Source: Promethearchaeota archaeon
GTDB taxonomy: Archaea; Asgardarchaeota; Lokiarchaeia; Sigyniarchaeales; Sigyniarchaeaceae
Direction of reading: 5' to 3'
Length of the DNA: 24,000 nt
Assembly: GCA_041305945.1 (NCBI GenBank)
Contig: JBGLND010000001.1
Span: 1,427,753 to 1,451,752 of the forward strand
Shown: positions 16,027 through 24,000 of the stretch, one piece after another
Numbering within the stretch: the stretch's first letter is position 1
Layout: every line of letters begins with the position of its first letter
Notes under the pieces: model-generated
The model's database searches: none
What the model saw: the letters and a program-made list of their open reading frames with translations, nothing else
Told to the model about the DNA's origin: nothing
Position numbers and translations under genes: made by a program

Positions 16027-17100
16027 TCACGGGTCACGCTTGTGCAACGCGGGAAGGAACGAGAAGGCGTCCACGAAGCAGCGGTTGAGCCCGGTCTCGA
16101 TGGTCGCAGTGTCCTTTCCATTGTTATTCGAGAAAAAAACGTTCACGGAATCATTGAAGTTGCGAAACGTGGTTTCAAGGAGCTCGTCCGGGCGATCGAT
16201 GAGCATGAAGGCGACGTTCCCGTCATGGTGATCGAAGAGAACGGTGATGTCTTGGAACACGAGTTTCTTCAACACGGTCTCCTTCCCGCTACCACCTTTC
16301 ATCCTCGCCATGACCTCGTTCACCATCGAAACCACCGGCTCGAGCGAATCGTCCTGTGGCTGGCCGCGGGCAAGCGCCCGTTGGAATAGCGTCGTGCCCC
16401 CCGGCCCCCGCACCTCGACGAGCAACGGCACGGACGGGCTCAAGAACATCGCCGCGGGAAACGTCGCCACCAGCATCGTCTCGGCGGTGAACGCGAACCA
16501 CGGCGGCACGATCACGACGTACGTGGGCAAGGCGCCCGCGATGCTCAGCGGGTAGACGACGAGGATCATGGCGAAGCCGGTCGTGATCAGCACGGGAAAC
16601 ACAAGGAACTTCGCGCTCAAGGACTCGCGGTGCACGCGCTGGATGGTGTGCACCATGAAGTCGAGCTGTATGAACAAGGAACATGCAAGCAACGAGAGCA
16701 TGCACACGCGTTCGAGCGGCGCGAACAATATCGTCGCCTCCGTGAATGTAGCGGGCTCGAGAAACACGTCCACGAGCATGATGATTCCCAGGATGCCGAC
16801 AACGCGTGCCAGCACGCGGGGATACTTTCTCGTGCTCCCGAACATTTGCTCGAAAAACGTGCACGCGAAGTAAAATCCAATCGCAAGCGAGAACAAGCCA
16901 AGGAAAATCAATTCCGTGTTCGACATCAACCGGGCAAAGAAATAGAACACGCCAAACATACCGACGAAGATGTCCCCCGCCGCGCACGACGTCACGGGCG
17001 GGAAGCCCCTCTTCCGGTACTTCAAGAGCAAGCACAAACCCGCCGTGATGGGGGGCAAACCACCCAGTAGCCACGTCGCAAGCTCGAATGTAGATGCCAT
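16027..17100 (-). CDS. 7TM membrane protein with C-terminal longin/roadblock-like soluble domain (paralog B)
   Basis: Same architecture as paralog A; shared FLEPA(S/T)FT...PLERV, FP(A/V)L...LYPL(T/S)IA..LPTY.VI.PP, FPAA(L/M)F(M/L)SPS, I(V)FxDITVL, AFSFLPALHxR. Confidence 0.8.
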   Translation of the reverse strand: MASTFELATWLLGGLPPITAGLCLLLKYRKRGFPPVTSCAAGDIFVGMFGVFYFFARLMSNTELIFLGLFSLAIGFYFACTFFEQMFGSTRKYPRVLARVVGILGIIMLVDVFLEPATFTEATILFAPLERVCMLSLLACSLFIQLDFMVHTIQRVHRESLSAKFLVFPVLITTGFAMILVVYPLSIAGALPTYVVIVPPWFAFTAETMLVATFPAAMFLSPSVPLLVEVRGPGGTTLFQRALARGQPQDDSLEPVVSMVNEVMARMKGGSGKETVLKKLVFQDITVLFDHHDGNVAFMLIDRPDELLETTFRNFNDSVNVFFSNNNGKDTATIETGLNRCFVDAFSFLPALHKRDP

Positions 17101-17190
17101 GGAACCGTCTCCTAGTTGCTTATCGCGCCGTATACACTATTAAAGCTTCCAGCCCATTCTCCAGTAGTAACCGGATCGCGTGATTGATGC

Positions 17191-18555
17191 GTGGCGAAAA
17201 AAATCTACAGGGAAACGGAACGCGACATCCCCGTCGTGGCCAAGGTCGACGTGCTCGTCGTGGGTGGATCGCAAAGTGGCGTTGCTGCAGCCGTGAGTGC
17301 CTCTCGTCGTGGTGCAAGCGTGCTTCTCGTCGAACGTAATTGCTTTCTTGGAGGCCAATCCGTTGCAACGATGGTGGTGCAATGGGAGAAACGTGCGTTT
17401 ATCAACAACTTGGGAGCTGTTGCTACCCGTGGCATCGCGAAGGAAATGCTGGATCGCATCCTCGCGAAAGGAGGCTCCGATGCCTTGTGGAACGACCCGC
17501 CGGGTTGCCCCGAGATGCGCGATGGCGAGGAATGGCTCGACGTGGAGGCGATCAAGATCACGCTGCTGGAGATGTGCTTGGAAGCCAAGGTCGGCCTCCT
17601 GCTCGACACGATGTGCGTCGGGGCGATGGTGGACAAGGATGGCCCGTCGCCACGCGTCACGGGTATCATAGTCGAGAACAAGGGCGGCCGGCAAGTCATC
17701 GAGGCGCGCGTCACCATCGACGCGACGGCATACTTGGACGTCGGGTGGTTTGCCGGGGGCGAGGGTGCAGTCATCGTGCATCCCGTTCCCGAGCGCATCG
17801 GCCCTGGCTGGTACACCATCTTCGATGGCATCGATTCGGGCAGGTTCATCGACCACGTGCTCTCGCACGGCGGCATATCCGGGTATCCATCGCTGGAAAA
17901 CCCGGCCAAGGTGCGCTACCACCTCGCCACGAACCGGTTGCTCTTGTTCCGGGGCTTCGGGGACACGCTCGACGAGGCGTTCGAGAAGGGCCTCCTGGAC
18001 AATTGGCCCGAGGGGCTTTCCTTGCCATTCGCACTGAACACGAAATGGTGGGGCGGCACGAGGTGGTGCACGAGCATGGACGGCATCAAGGAGCTGGACG
18101 CGATGGATGGCTTCGCCTTGTCCAAGGCCGAGATCCAGCGCCAGCTCGTCGATTGGATCACGCTGCAAGTGTTCCGGTTGTTACCCGGCTGGGAGAAAGC
18201 GTACATCGCACGTACGTCCACGCGCATAGGTCTGCGGGAAACCCGCGTGCTCAAGGCCGTCACCATGCTGGCTCGCAAGGACATCTTCGAGCCCGATCAC
18301 GCGCGCCTCGATTGTGTCGGGCGTTCGGGCGCGCACGACCCGGGGAAAAACAAGCTGTGGCACGCGTATCCCGTCCCGTACGGCATCATGGTACCTGAAA
18401 AGCTTGATGGCCTCTTGTGCTGCTCCCGCACCATCGGTGCTGCAGACCGTACCGCCCTCGACGCCCATCGAGGGATAACGCCGACGATCGTGGTGGGCGA
18501 GGCCGCGGGGGGTGTCGTGTCGCTGCTGGCGGTGCAGAAAATAAAAACAGCTTAA
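17191..18555 (+). CDS. FAD-dependent oxidoreductase (FAD_oxidored-type)
   Basis: VDVLVVGGSQSGVAAAVSASRRGASVLLVERNCFLGGQSVATMV dinucleotide-binding motif; WHAYPVPYGIMVPEKLDGLLCCSRTIGAADRTALDAHRGITPTIVVGEAAG. Confidence 0.88.
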   Translation: MAKKIYRETERDIPVVAKVDVLVVGGSQSGVAAAVSASRRGASVLLVERNCFLGGQSVATMVVQWEKRAFINNLGAVATRGIAKEMLDRILAKGGSDALWNDPPGCPEMRDGEEWLDVEAIKITLLEMCLEAKVGLLLDTMCVGAMVDKDGPSPRVTGIIVENKGGRQVIEARVTIDATAYLDVGWFAGGEGAVIVHPVPERIGPGWYTIFDGIDSGRFIDHVLSHGGISGYPSLENPAKVRYHLATNRLLLFRGFGDTLDEAFEKGLLDNWPEGLSLPFALNTKWWGGTRWCTSMDGIKELDAMDGFALSKAEIQRQLVDWITLQVFRLLPGWEKAYIARTSTRIGLRETRVLKAVTMLARKDIFEPDHARLDCVGRSGAHDPGKNKLWHAYPVPYGIMVPEKLDGLLCCSRTIGAADRTALDAHRGITPTIVVGEAAGGVVSLLAVQKIKTA

Positions 18556-18563
18556 CGCTGTTT

Positions 18564-18928
18564 TTATTCCCACACCCCCTCGATCTTCATCCCGCATTTT
18601 CCGCAGCGCCCGTCCCCCACCCGCAATTTCTGGACCCGGAACCCCCAGCGCTCGATGAGCAGCTCGCCGCAGCCCGGGCAGAAGGTGTTCTCTCCGGTGT
18701 CGCCGGGCACGTTGCCGGTATAGACATAGCGAAGCCCGGCGGCCAGCCCGATCTCCCGCGCCTTGCGCAGGGTCTGCACGGGGGTGGGGGGCCGGTCGGT
18801 CAGCCGGTAGGTGGGATGGAAGCGGCTGATGTGCCAGGGCGTGTCCGGCCCCAGGTCGTCGACCAGAAACGCCGCCAGCGCCTTGAGTTCATCAGGGGTG
18901 TCGTTCAACCCGGGGACGATGCTGGCGG
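18564..18928 (-). pseudogene. C-terminal fragment of AmmeMemoRadiSam-system radical SAM protein (AmrS-like)
   Basis: (SI)VPGLNDTPDELKALAAFLVDDLGPDTPWHISRFHPTYRLTDRPPTPVQTLRKAREIGLAAGLRYVYTGNVPGDTGENTFCPGCGELLIERWGF; no start or CxxxCxxC radical SAM N-terminus; frame hits a stop just beyond the junction. Confidence 0.75.
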
Positions 18929-18934
18929 CTGCGG

Positions 18935-19434
18935 GTTACGACCGCGTGCGGTACATTATTGACCACGTTGACATCCTTGCATGCTCCCGGTCAGAGCTGG
19001 GTAAATTGTTCGGGAAAACCACGATCGAGGAGAATGTCGCGTCTTGCTTCTCGAGAACCAGCGTGCGTCTCATCGCCCTGACCTTGAGCGCCGAGGGAAG
19101 CAGGGCATTCACCCGCCACCACGCGACACCCATCGTCCCACCATACAAGGTGCCGGTTGTAGACACCACGGGCGCGGGCGACGCGTTCTGTGCCGGCGTC
19201 TTGCACCGGGCGTGCAAGGAATTGCAAGCAACAAGACCGGCAGGCGGGAGCCGCGTTACCAAGGATGACCTCGATCGCTTGCTGGGGAAGGAGAAAGGTG
19301 TGGCGGGCTTCCTCCTGGATTGTCTGAAGCACGGCAACGCGGTCGCGGCATTCAAGATACGAGCTGAAGGGGCTCAAGGAAACCTTCCCCACGCCAGCCA
19401 GGTCGGCGAACTCATCAGGAACGGGATGCCTTGA
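18935..19434 (+). pseudogene. C-terminal fragment of PfkB/ribokinase-family sugar kinase
   Basis: RVRYIIDHVDILACSRSELGKLFG ... VPVVDTTGAGDAFCAGVL (PfkB signature 2); N-terminal half absent, with the AmrS-like fragment lying antisense there. Confidence 0.78.
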
Positions 19435-19442
19435 GCCTCGCA

Positions 19443-20867
19443 TCACGCGAACCTGAACCCGAAAAAGGTGGACCTGGACATCATCACGTGCAGGCGGATG
19501 GTGCAATCATCGTACTCGGAGAAGTCCACCGGCTCTTCCCACGAGACCGGCATCCACGCGATGTCGCCCGTGACGGGCCTGCAGAGCGCCACGGACAGGC
19601 CGGGAAGGTACTGGCCAGTGAGGGCATCCACGATGCCGACCTTGATGGACCCGCCCGGCCTTGCCACGCTGTTTATTTCTAGTGCCAGGCCCTCGTAGGT
19701 GAACGGTCGCGTCCAGAACTCGCCCTCGTCCTTCGCGACGATGCCCGTGAACCCGTCTGCCCGCCACGTGGCGAGGTGGACGCGCCCGTAAGAGGCGTTC
19801 TTGTCCAGGACCTCGTTATGCCGGTGGCCAGGTATGTTGACCGGGATGCCCCACCTGCCGTTTTCCAGGTCGACGATGCCATGGCCCATGTACACGCCGC
19901 CAGCAAGTGGATGGCTGCCCGTGCCCGGGTCGATGATAGGGTTTGTTGGAAGCTTGTGCCAGTTCCGCAAGTCACGGCTGGCATACATCACGATGCACAA
20001 GTCATCGCGTGCGCGCCGGTACACGGCGGGAAAGAGGAGGTATGCATCATTCACGCCCGGCCACGGGTGAAACCCGTTCGTGTACCAGTCGTGGTCTGGT
20101 GGAAAGGCGGGATCGGAAACGAGTACGGGGTCAAGCCGACCCCAGTGCATGAAATCTCGGGTCTCGCCATAATAAATCTGGCGGCGTTGCTGGTCCCAGT
20201 ACCGGAAAAACCCGACATATTGTTGCTTTCCCTCGTGCCAGTGCACGATGGTCTGCGAATCCGCCCACGTTCGGGCGACAGGCTCGGGGTTGATGTCCCA
20301 CGTCAAGCCATCCGCGGACGTGCCACCGTAGCAATACCCGCGCGCGTCCTTGCGGGGGTTATTGGAGCAGTGAACCAGCTTGTAACGCTCGCTCTTCGGA
20401 CAAGCAGGGTTCTCGTCGATGAACACGTAGGGGCCGTGGATGCCGGCGTGGTTGGGATGCATCTCGGGTTTGAAGATGATGTTATTGTCCGTTGACCCCT
20501 GCCACTCGACCATGTGCAAGGCCGGCTTGACCCAGTGCATCCCATCGGTGGACTCCGCGTAGCACAACACGGTCTGCCCGTCCGACGATCCGTGGTAGTC
20601 CGGGTACCCTTCATACCAGAGCCGGTAATTGCCCCCGTCGCGCACTATCGACACGTACGCGCCGAGGATGTCCTTCTCCCACGGCTTGTCGTTAACAAGA
20701 ATCGGTTCGGTCGTGATATCGGGCGCGAAGTTGTCGAGCACCACGCCACGTGGAACCATCACGGGACCGTTCACATTTGCCTTGTACCCGTAACCTGCCT
20801 CGATGAAGATCCAATCAACGAACGTGACTTTCTCGTGTCTATTAAACGAGAGGACTGTTTGCTGCAT
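19443..20867 (-). CDS. Glycoside hydrolase family 32/43/68-superfamily-like five-bladed beta-propeller protein
   Basis: GGNYRLWYEGYPD, CYAESTDGMHWVKP, YVFIDENPACPKSERYKLVHC, GGTSADGLTWDINPEPV, DLRNWHKLP, GHGIVDLENGRWGIPVN; repeated DG..W blade motifs. Confidence 0.7.
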   Translation of the reverse strand: MQQTVLSFNRHEKVTFVDWIFIEAGYGYKANVNGPVMVPRGVVLDNFAPDITTEPILVNDKPWEKDILGAYVSIVRDGGNYRLWYEGYPDYHGSSDGQTVLCYAESTDGMHWVKPALHMVEWQGSTDNNIIFKPEMHPNHAGIHGPYVFIDENPACPKSERYKLVHCSNNPRKDARGYCYGGTSADGLTWDINPEPVARTWADSQTIVHWHEGKQQYVGFFRYWDQQRRQIYYGETRDFMHWGRLDPVLVSDPAFPPDHDWYTNGFHPWPGVNDAYLLFPAVYRRARDDLCIVMYASRDLRNWHKLPTNPIIDPGTGSHPLAGGVYMGHGIVDLENGRWGIPVNIPGHRHNEVLDKNASYGRVHLATWRADGFTGIVAKDEGEFWTRPFTYEGLALEINSVARPGGSIKVGIVDALTGQYLPGLSVALCRPVTGDIAWMPVSWEEPVDFSEYDDCTIRLHVMMSRSTFFGFRFA

Positions 20868-21081
20868 GTCACGGGTCCTTTGTCAGTGAGGAAGATAAAG
20901 CCATCGGGATCACGACGCGGCGGTGGCGCGCCGGCGAGGAACCGTGAAGCTTGCCGTGTTTTTGCATATCTATTCTTAGCTCCCCCGGCGGGAGGTTCCA
21001 GCCACGGCAGGCTGCCACGGGACAACCCGCGGTAATATATGCCATGCAACGTCTGTAGACGTAGGTTACATCGTCACATGC

Positions 21082-21525
21082 GTGATTGATCCGACCATGT
21101 TGCTCGTTCCAACACGATTGAAAACTTCTTCCATCGAGGGCCTCGGGATGTTCGCGGTTGAGGACATCCCGTCTGGCACGAAAATCTGGGAATACAAGGA
21201 AGGCTTCGACCTCGTCTTTTTTCCAGGTGACCTCTTGAAAATGCCATGCTGGCAGGCCCAGTATCTCGAGAAATACTGCTTCATGTTCGAGCAGAAACTC
21301 TACTTCTGCGTCGACGATGCAAGGTATATGAACCACGCGGATGTGCCCAACTGCACCGACCGGATAGACGGGACATACGCGATCAGGGATATCAAGGCGG
21401 GGGAGGAGATCACCTGCGATTACCACAAGATGGGGGTCACCGCGGAGGACATGAAATTCAACGTCGGCTGGATGTGCCACGAATCCGAACAGGAGCATCC
21501 AGATAAAGCCAGCAACACAGGCTAA
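21082..21525 (+). CDS. SET-domain protein (putative lysine methyltransferase)
   Basis: GLGMFAVEDIPSGTKIWEY, ARYMNHADVPNCT (NHxxxPNC), YAIRDIKAGEEITCDYHKMG (GEEITxDY). Confidence 0.88.
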   Translation: MIDPTMLLVPTRLKTSSIEGLGMFAVEDIPSGTKIWEYKEGFDLVFFPGDLLKMPCWQAQYLEKYCFMFEQKLYFCVDDARYMNHADVPNCTDRIDGTYAIRDIKAGEEITCDYHKMGVTAEDMKFNVGWMCHESEQEHPDKASNTG

Positions 21526-21566
21526 CCGGGCAATCTTAGAAAATATTCCATTCCTTATTGTTCCGA

Positions 21567-22868
21567 TCAATGCACGCGCTTGGAAAATATTGACGCGCAC
21601 GTGATGATAATAAAAATAATTGCTGCGAACGCGGCGCTAAGCAAGAATGGAAAGGCAGGATTGACCTGGCCTATGAAGCTCGATATGAACGTCGAGCCGA
21701 ACGTCCCGATCCCTACCAGCCCCTCGTAGATGCCCGCCATTGAACCCTTGCCGGTCTTGGAAAGTTCCATAACGGCGATCAAGCCGATCGCGAACGTGTA
21801 CCCCGAAAACGCACCGTAGACGAACAAGACGGGTAACAAGACGTCCGCGACGGGGAAGAGGAAAATGCATAGGTTCGCGACCGCCATGCCTGCGGGAGCC
21901 ACGACCATCAACCTCGCTTTCAACCGCCACGATTGAATCTTGCCCGCGTGGAAGAACGTGAGGGTTCGCCCCATGCCAAGGCCAAACACGAGGAGTCCCA
22001 CGGCAAGCGACGGGGTAAAGGATGCGAAGAGAACGCCAAGGGACATGTAATCGACCCCGAACGCTGGAAAGATGGAAAAAAGAATCTGGTTGTCAAAAGA
22101 GAACACGAGCGGCGCGCACACGATGCATATCTTGATGAAGATTAAATCGCCCTTGTTCACGGTGGCGGGTGCTTGATCCGTGCCGCCGCTACCGGGCCCC
22201 GAACCGGGAGCGGTTGGACTGGACGGGTGCTCGCCATCTTTCAACACCCGTGAAAGCTCGGTCGGGGAAAGGACCAGGCGCCAGGCCACGATGACGATGC
22301 ACGCGGCCACCGAGATCAAGAGGGCAAACGAGACCGTGGGGCCGGCCACCGCAACCCCGCCGCCGATCAAGGGACCGAAGGACAATCCGATCGACCATGA
22401 AATCATGAACACGCTTAACACGTGCGCATGATGTTCTTTCCCGAATGGTTCGCTTATTTCGGACGAATACGCACCGAGAACGGGGAAGTAAAACCCGAAA
22501 AAAAACGCGACGATGCAATAGATGATGAACAAATGGAGCGGGTGGGTTGCAACCAGCATGATCACCAAGTTGAGCACGGAAAACCCCGTCATGGTGATCA
22601 TCAAGGATGCGCGACGCCCGATCCTGTCCGAGATCTTGCCCAAGAGGATGGGCGAGAACCAGTATATGGCACCCCAGCCGGTCGCAACGAGCCCCACCCA
22701 GAACGCCTTTTCAGCCTCGCCCATGCCAAGCCCGTCTGCCAAGACGACCGTGTACAGCGAGATGGAAAACGTGAACAAGCCTATGCTCACGTCACCGAGA
22801 AACGAGAGCAAGTAAGAAGCACGGGTCGTGCGCGTCACGGTGGCAGGCAAGACGGGAGGAGCGGGCAT
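21567..22868 (-). CDS. Major facilitator superfamily transporter
   Basis: About 12 hydrophobic segments, GKISDRIGRRASLMITMTGFS between early helices; MPAPPVLPATVTRTTRASYLLSFLGD is the likeliest start (22868). Confidence 0.85.
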   Translation of the reverse strand: MPAPPVLPATVTRTTRASYLLSFLGDVSIGLFTFSISLYTVVLADGLGMGEAEKAFWVGLVATGWGAIYWFSPILLGKISDRIGRRASLMITMTGFSVLNLVIMLVATHPLHLFIIYCIVAFFFGFYFPVLGAYSSEISEPFGKEHHAHVLSVFMISWSIGLSFGPLIGGGVAVAGPTVSFALLISVAACIVIVAWRLVLSPTELSRVLKDGEHPSSPTAPGSGPGSGGTDQAPATVNKGDLIFIKICIVCAPLVFSFDNQILFSIFPAFGVDYMSLGVLFASFTPSLAVGLLVFGLGMGRTLTFFHAGKIQSWRLKARLMVVAPAGMAVANLCIFLFPVADVLLPVLFVYGAFSGYTFAIGLIAVMELSKTGKGSMAGIYEGLVGIGTFGSTFISSFIGQVNPAFPFLLSAAFAAIIFIIITCASIFSKRVH

Positions 22869-22948
22869 GAATATCCGGGTGCATGGCGCAACGCTTATGG
22901 AGGTGTCTGGTTTGAAAAACCACCGCATGTTCCTCACACGCGAGACAC

Positions 22949-24000
22949 ATGGAAAAACAACCGGCATTCCCCCGCGAGTTCCCGGGTGCAACGTGGCTCG
23001 GGAAGGAGGAAGAGGAGGCAGTGCTTAACGTCATCCGAAAGCAGTCCCCGTTCCGCTATTACGGCCCAAACTTCTTGTCCGAAGCAAAACAATTCGAAGC
23101 CGAATTCGCGCGGTTCATCGCATCCACGCCTGGGCAGCCATGGCCCGAAGAGAGCGATTACCTCATCACCGCGGTGAATAGCGGGACGGGTGCATTGGAG
23201 ATTGCCTTGGAAGCCTTGGGTGTTGGATGCGGGGACGAGGTCTGCGTGCAAGGCTTCATGTGGATCGCCACGATAAGCGCGATCGTCAGGAACAGGGCAA
23301 TCCCAGTGCTCGTGGATTCGGACGGTACCCTCAACATGGACCCGGGTGACCTTGAACGCAAGATCACGGATAGGACCAAGGTGGTCATTCCGGTGCCGAT
23401 GCTTGGCGGTTGTGCCCGGATCGGCGAGATCATGGAGGTCGTCAGGAAAGCCAACGAGCGCCGGCACGCGCGGAATCTCCCCAGTATAAAAATCCTGGAG
23501 GACAACGCGCAGGCGATCGGGGCCCATGCCCCCGGCTGCCAGGGCTCGCGATCGGCGGGGGAAACCGGCACCTTCCGCATCGGCACCTTCGGAGATGCCG
23601 GGATATTCAGCTTGCAGATCAACAAGAACATCACGGCGGGGGAAGGCGGCATCATCGTCACCCGGGACAGGAAACTGCACGAGCGGGTTCAAGCGATCCA
23701 CAACGTGGGGTTCGTTGCGGACAAGTCCCAACCGGGAAACTGGTACGGGGACGTGCCGCTGGCGTGGGGGCAAGGGCGCCGGATCACGGAACTCCAAGCC
23801 GCGGTGGCAAGGGTGCAGCTGCGGAAGCTGGATTCCATCCTGTCGCACATGCGGGCTTCCCACCGGATGATCGCGGGGCACGTCGCATCGAGATGGGATG
23901 GCAAGGTGAAGCTCCGGGAGCCGGCATATCCTTCGAGCCTTGGTGATACCGGGTATTTCCTCGTGTTCAAGGTCTTGGCCATCGAAGGCATGAATGATGA
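22949..24000 (+). CDS. DegT/DnrJ/EryC1/StrS-type PLP-dependent aminotransferase, partial at right edge
   Basis: Manual translation from ATG 22949: MEKQPAFPREFPGATWLGKEEEEAVLNVIRKQSPFRYYG...AVNSGTGALEIALEALGVGCGDEVCVQGFMWIATISAIVRNRAIPVLVD...ILEDNAQAIGA...SLQINKNITAGEGGIIVTRD...RITELQAAVARVQL. Confidence 0.88.
   Translation, partial: MEKQPAFPREFPGATWLGKEEEEAVLNVIRKQSPFRYYGPNFLSEAKQFEAEFARFIASTPGQPWPEESDYLITAVNSGTGALEIALEALGVGCGDEVCVQGFMWIATISAIVRNRAIPVLVDSDGTLNMDPGDLERKITDRTKVVIPVPMLGGCARIGEIMEVVRKANERRHARNLPSIKILEDNAQAIGAHAPGCQGSRSAGETGTFRIGTFGDAGIFSLQINKNITAGEGGIIVTRDRKLHERVQAIHNVGFVADKSQPGNWYGDVPLAWGQGRRITELQAAVARVQLRKLDSILSHMRASHRMIAGHVASRWDGKVKLREPAYPSSLGDTGYFLVFKVLAIEGMND

Noticed and set aside
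18811-18934. N-terminal part of the 207-aa ORF (MGWKRLMCQGVSGPRSSTRNAAS...)
   Set aside because: Antisense to the AmrS-like fragment; the kinase homology only begins around 18940
22934-23881. 315-aa minus-strand ORF and the overlapping 178-aa plus-strand ORF 23410..23946
   Set aside because: The true coding frame here is the DegT/DnrJ aminotransferase running from 22949 to the window edge (not listed in the ORF track because it is open-ended)
1-24000. CRISPR arrays, rRNA/tRNA genes, transposases/integrases, toxin-antitoxin or phage defence modules
   Set aside because: Looked for spacer-repeat periodicity, transposase/integrase-like motifs and recognisable RNA genes by eye; none could be supported. 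tRNAscan-SE, Infernal and minCED would be needed to exclude them formally

Overview
This 24 kb window is gene-dense, mostly GC-rich and archaeal in character. The co-occurrence of an E2 (ubiquitin-conjugating)-like protein, two proteins sharing a gelsolin-like N-terminal domain, tandem 7TM proteins with longin/roadblock-like C-terminal domains, HdrC, FwdA and archaemetzincin suggests an Asgard-type archaeon; this is inference, not proven. Recognisable genes: beta-CASP metallo-beta-lactamase RNase-like protein (-), MTA/purine-nucleoside phosphorylase with an internal CxxC-X8-CxxC ribbon (+), adenine phosphoribosyltransferase (+), archaemetzincin (-), an ORF joining a truncated acyl/acetyl-CoA synthetase to a membrane-anchored CocE/NonD-type hydrolase (-), TrmI-type tRNA m1A methyltransferase (+), CDP-alcohol phosphatidyltransferase (+), gelsolin-like + multi-TM protein (-), E2-like protein (+), gelsolin-like + long coiled-coil protein (+, 3' truncated), HdrC (-, 3' truncated), FwdA (-), two tandem 7TM paralogs (-), FAD-dependent oxidoreductase (+), AmrS-like radical SAM C-terminal fragment (-), PfkB-family kinase C-terminal fragment (+), GH32/GH43-like beta-propeller protein (-), SET-domain protein (+), MFS transporter (-), and a DegT/DnrJ aminotransferase (+, runs off the right edge). 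The most interesting observations are: (1) the E2-like gene between two proteins with a shared gelsolin-like domain; (2) the tandem 7TM/longin-like pair; (3) three abrupt junctions (about 6160, 12360 and 18930) where incomplete genes abut each other, which may be rearrangement scars or assembly chimeras and need read-level validation; and (4) a zinc-ribbon-like insert in the nucleoside phosphorylase.
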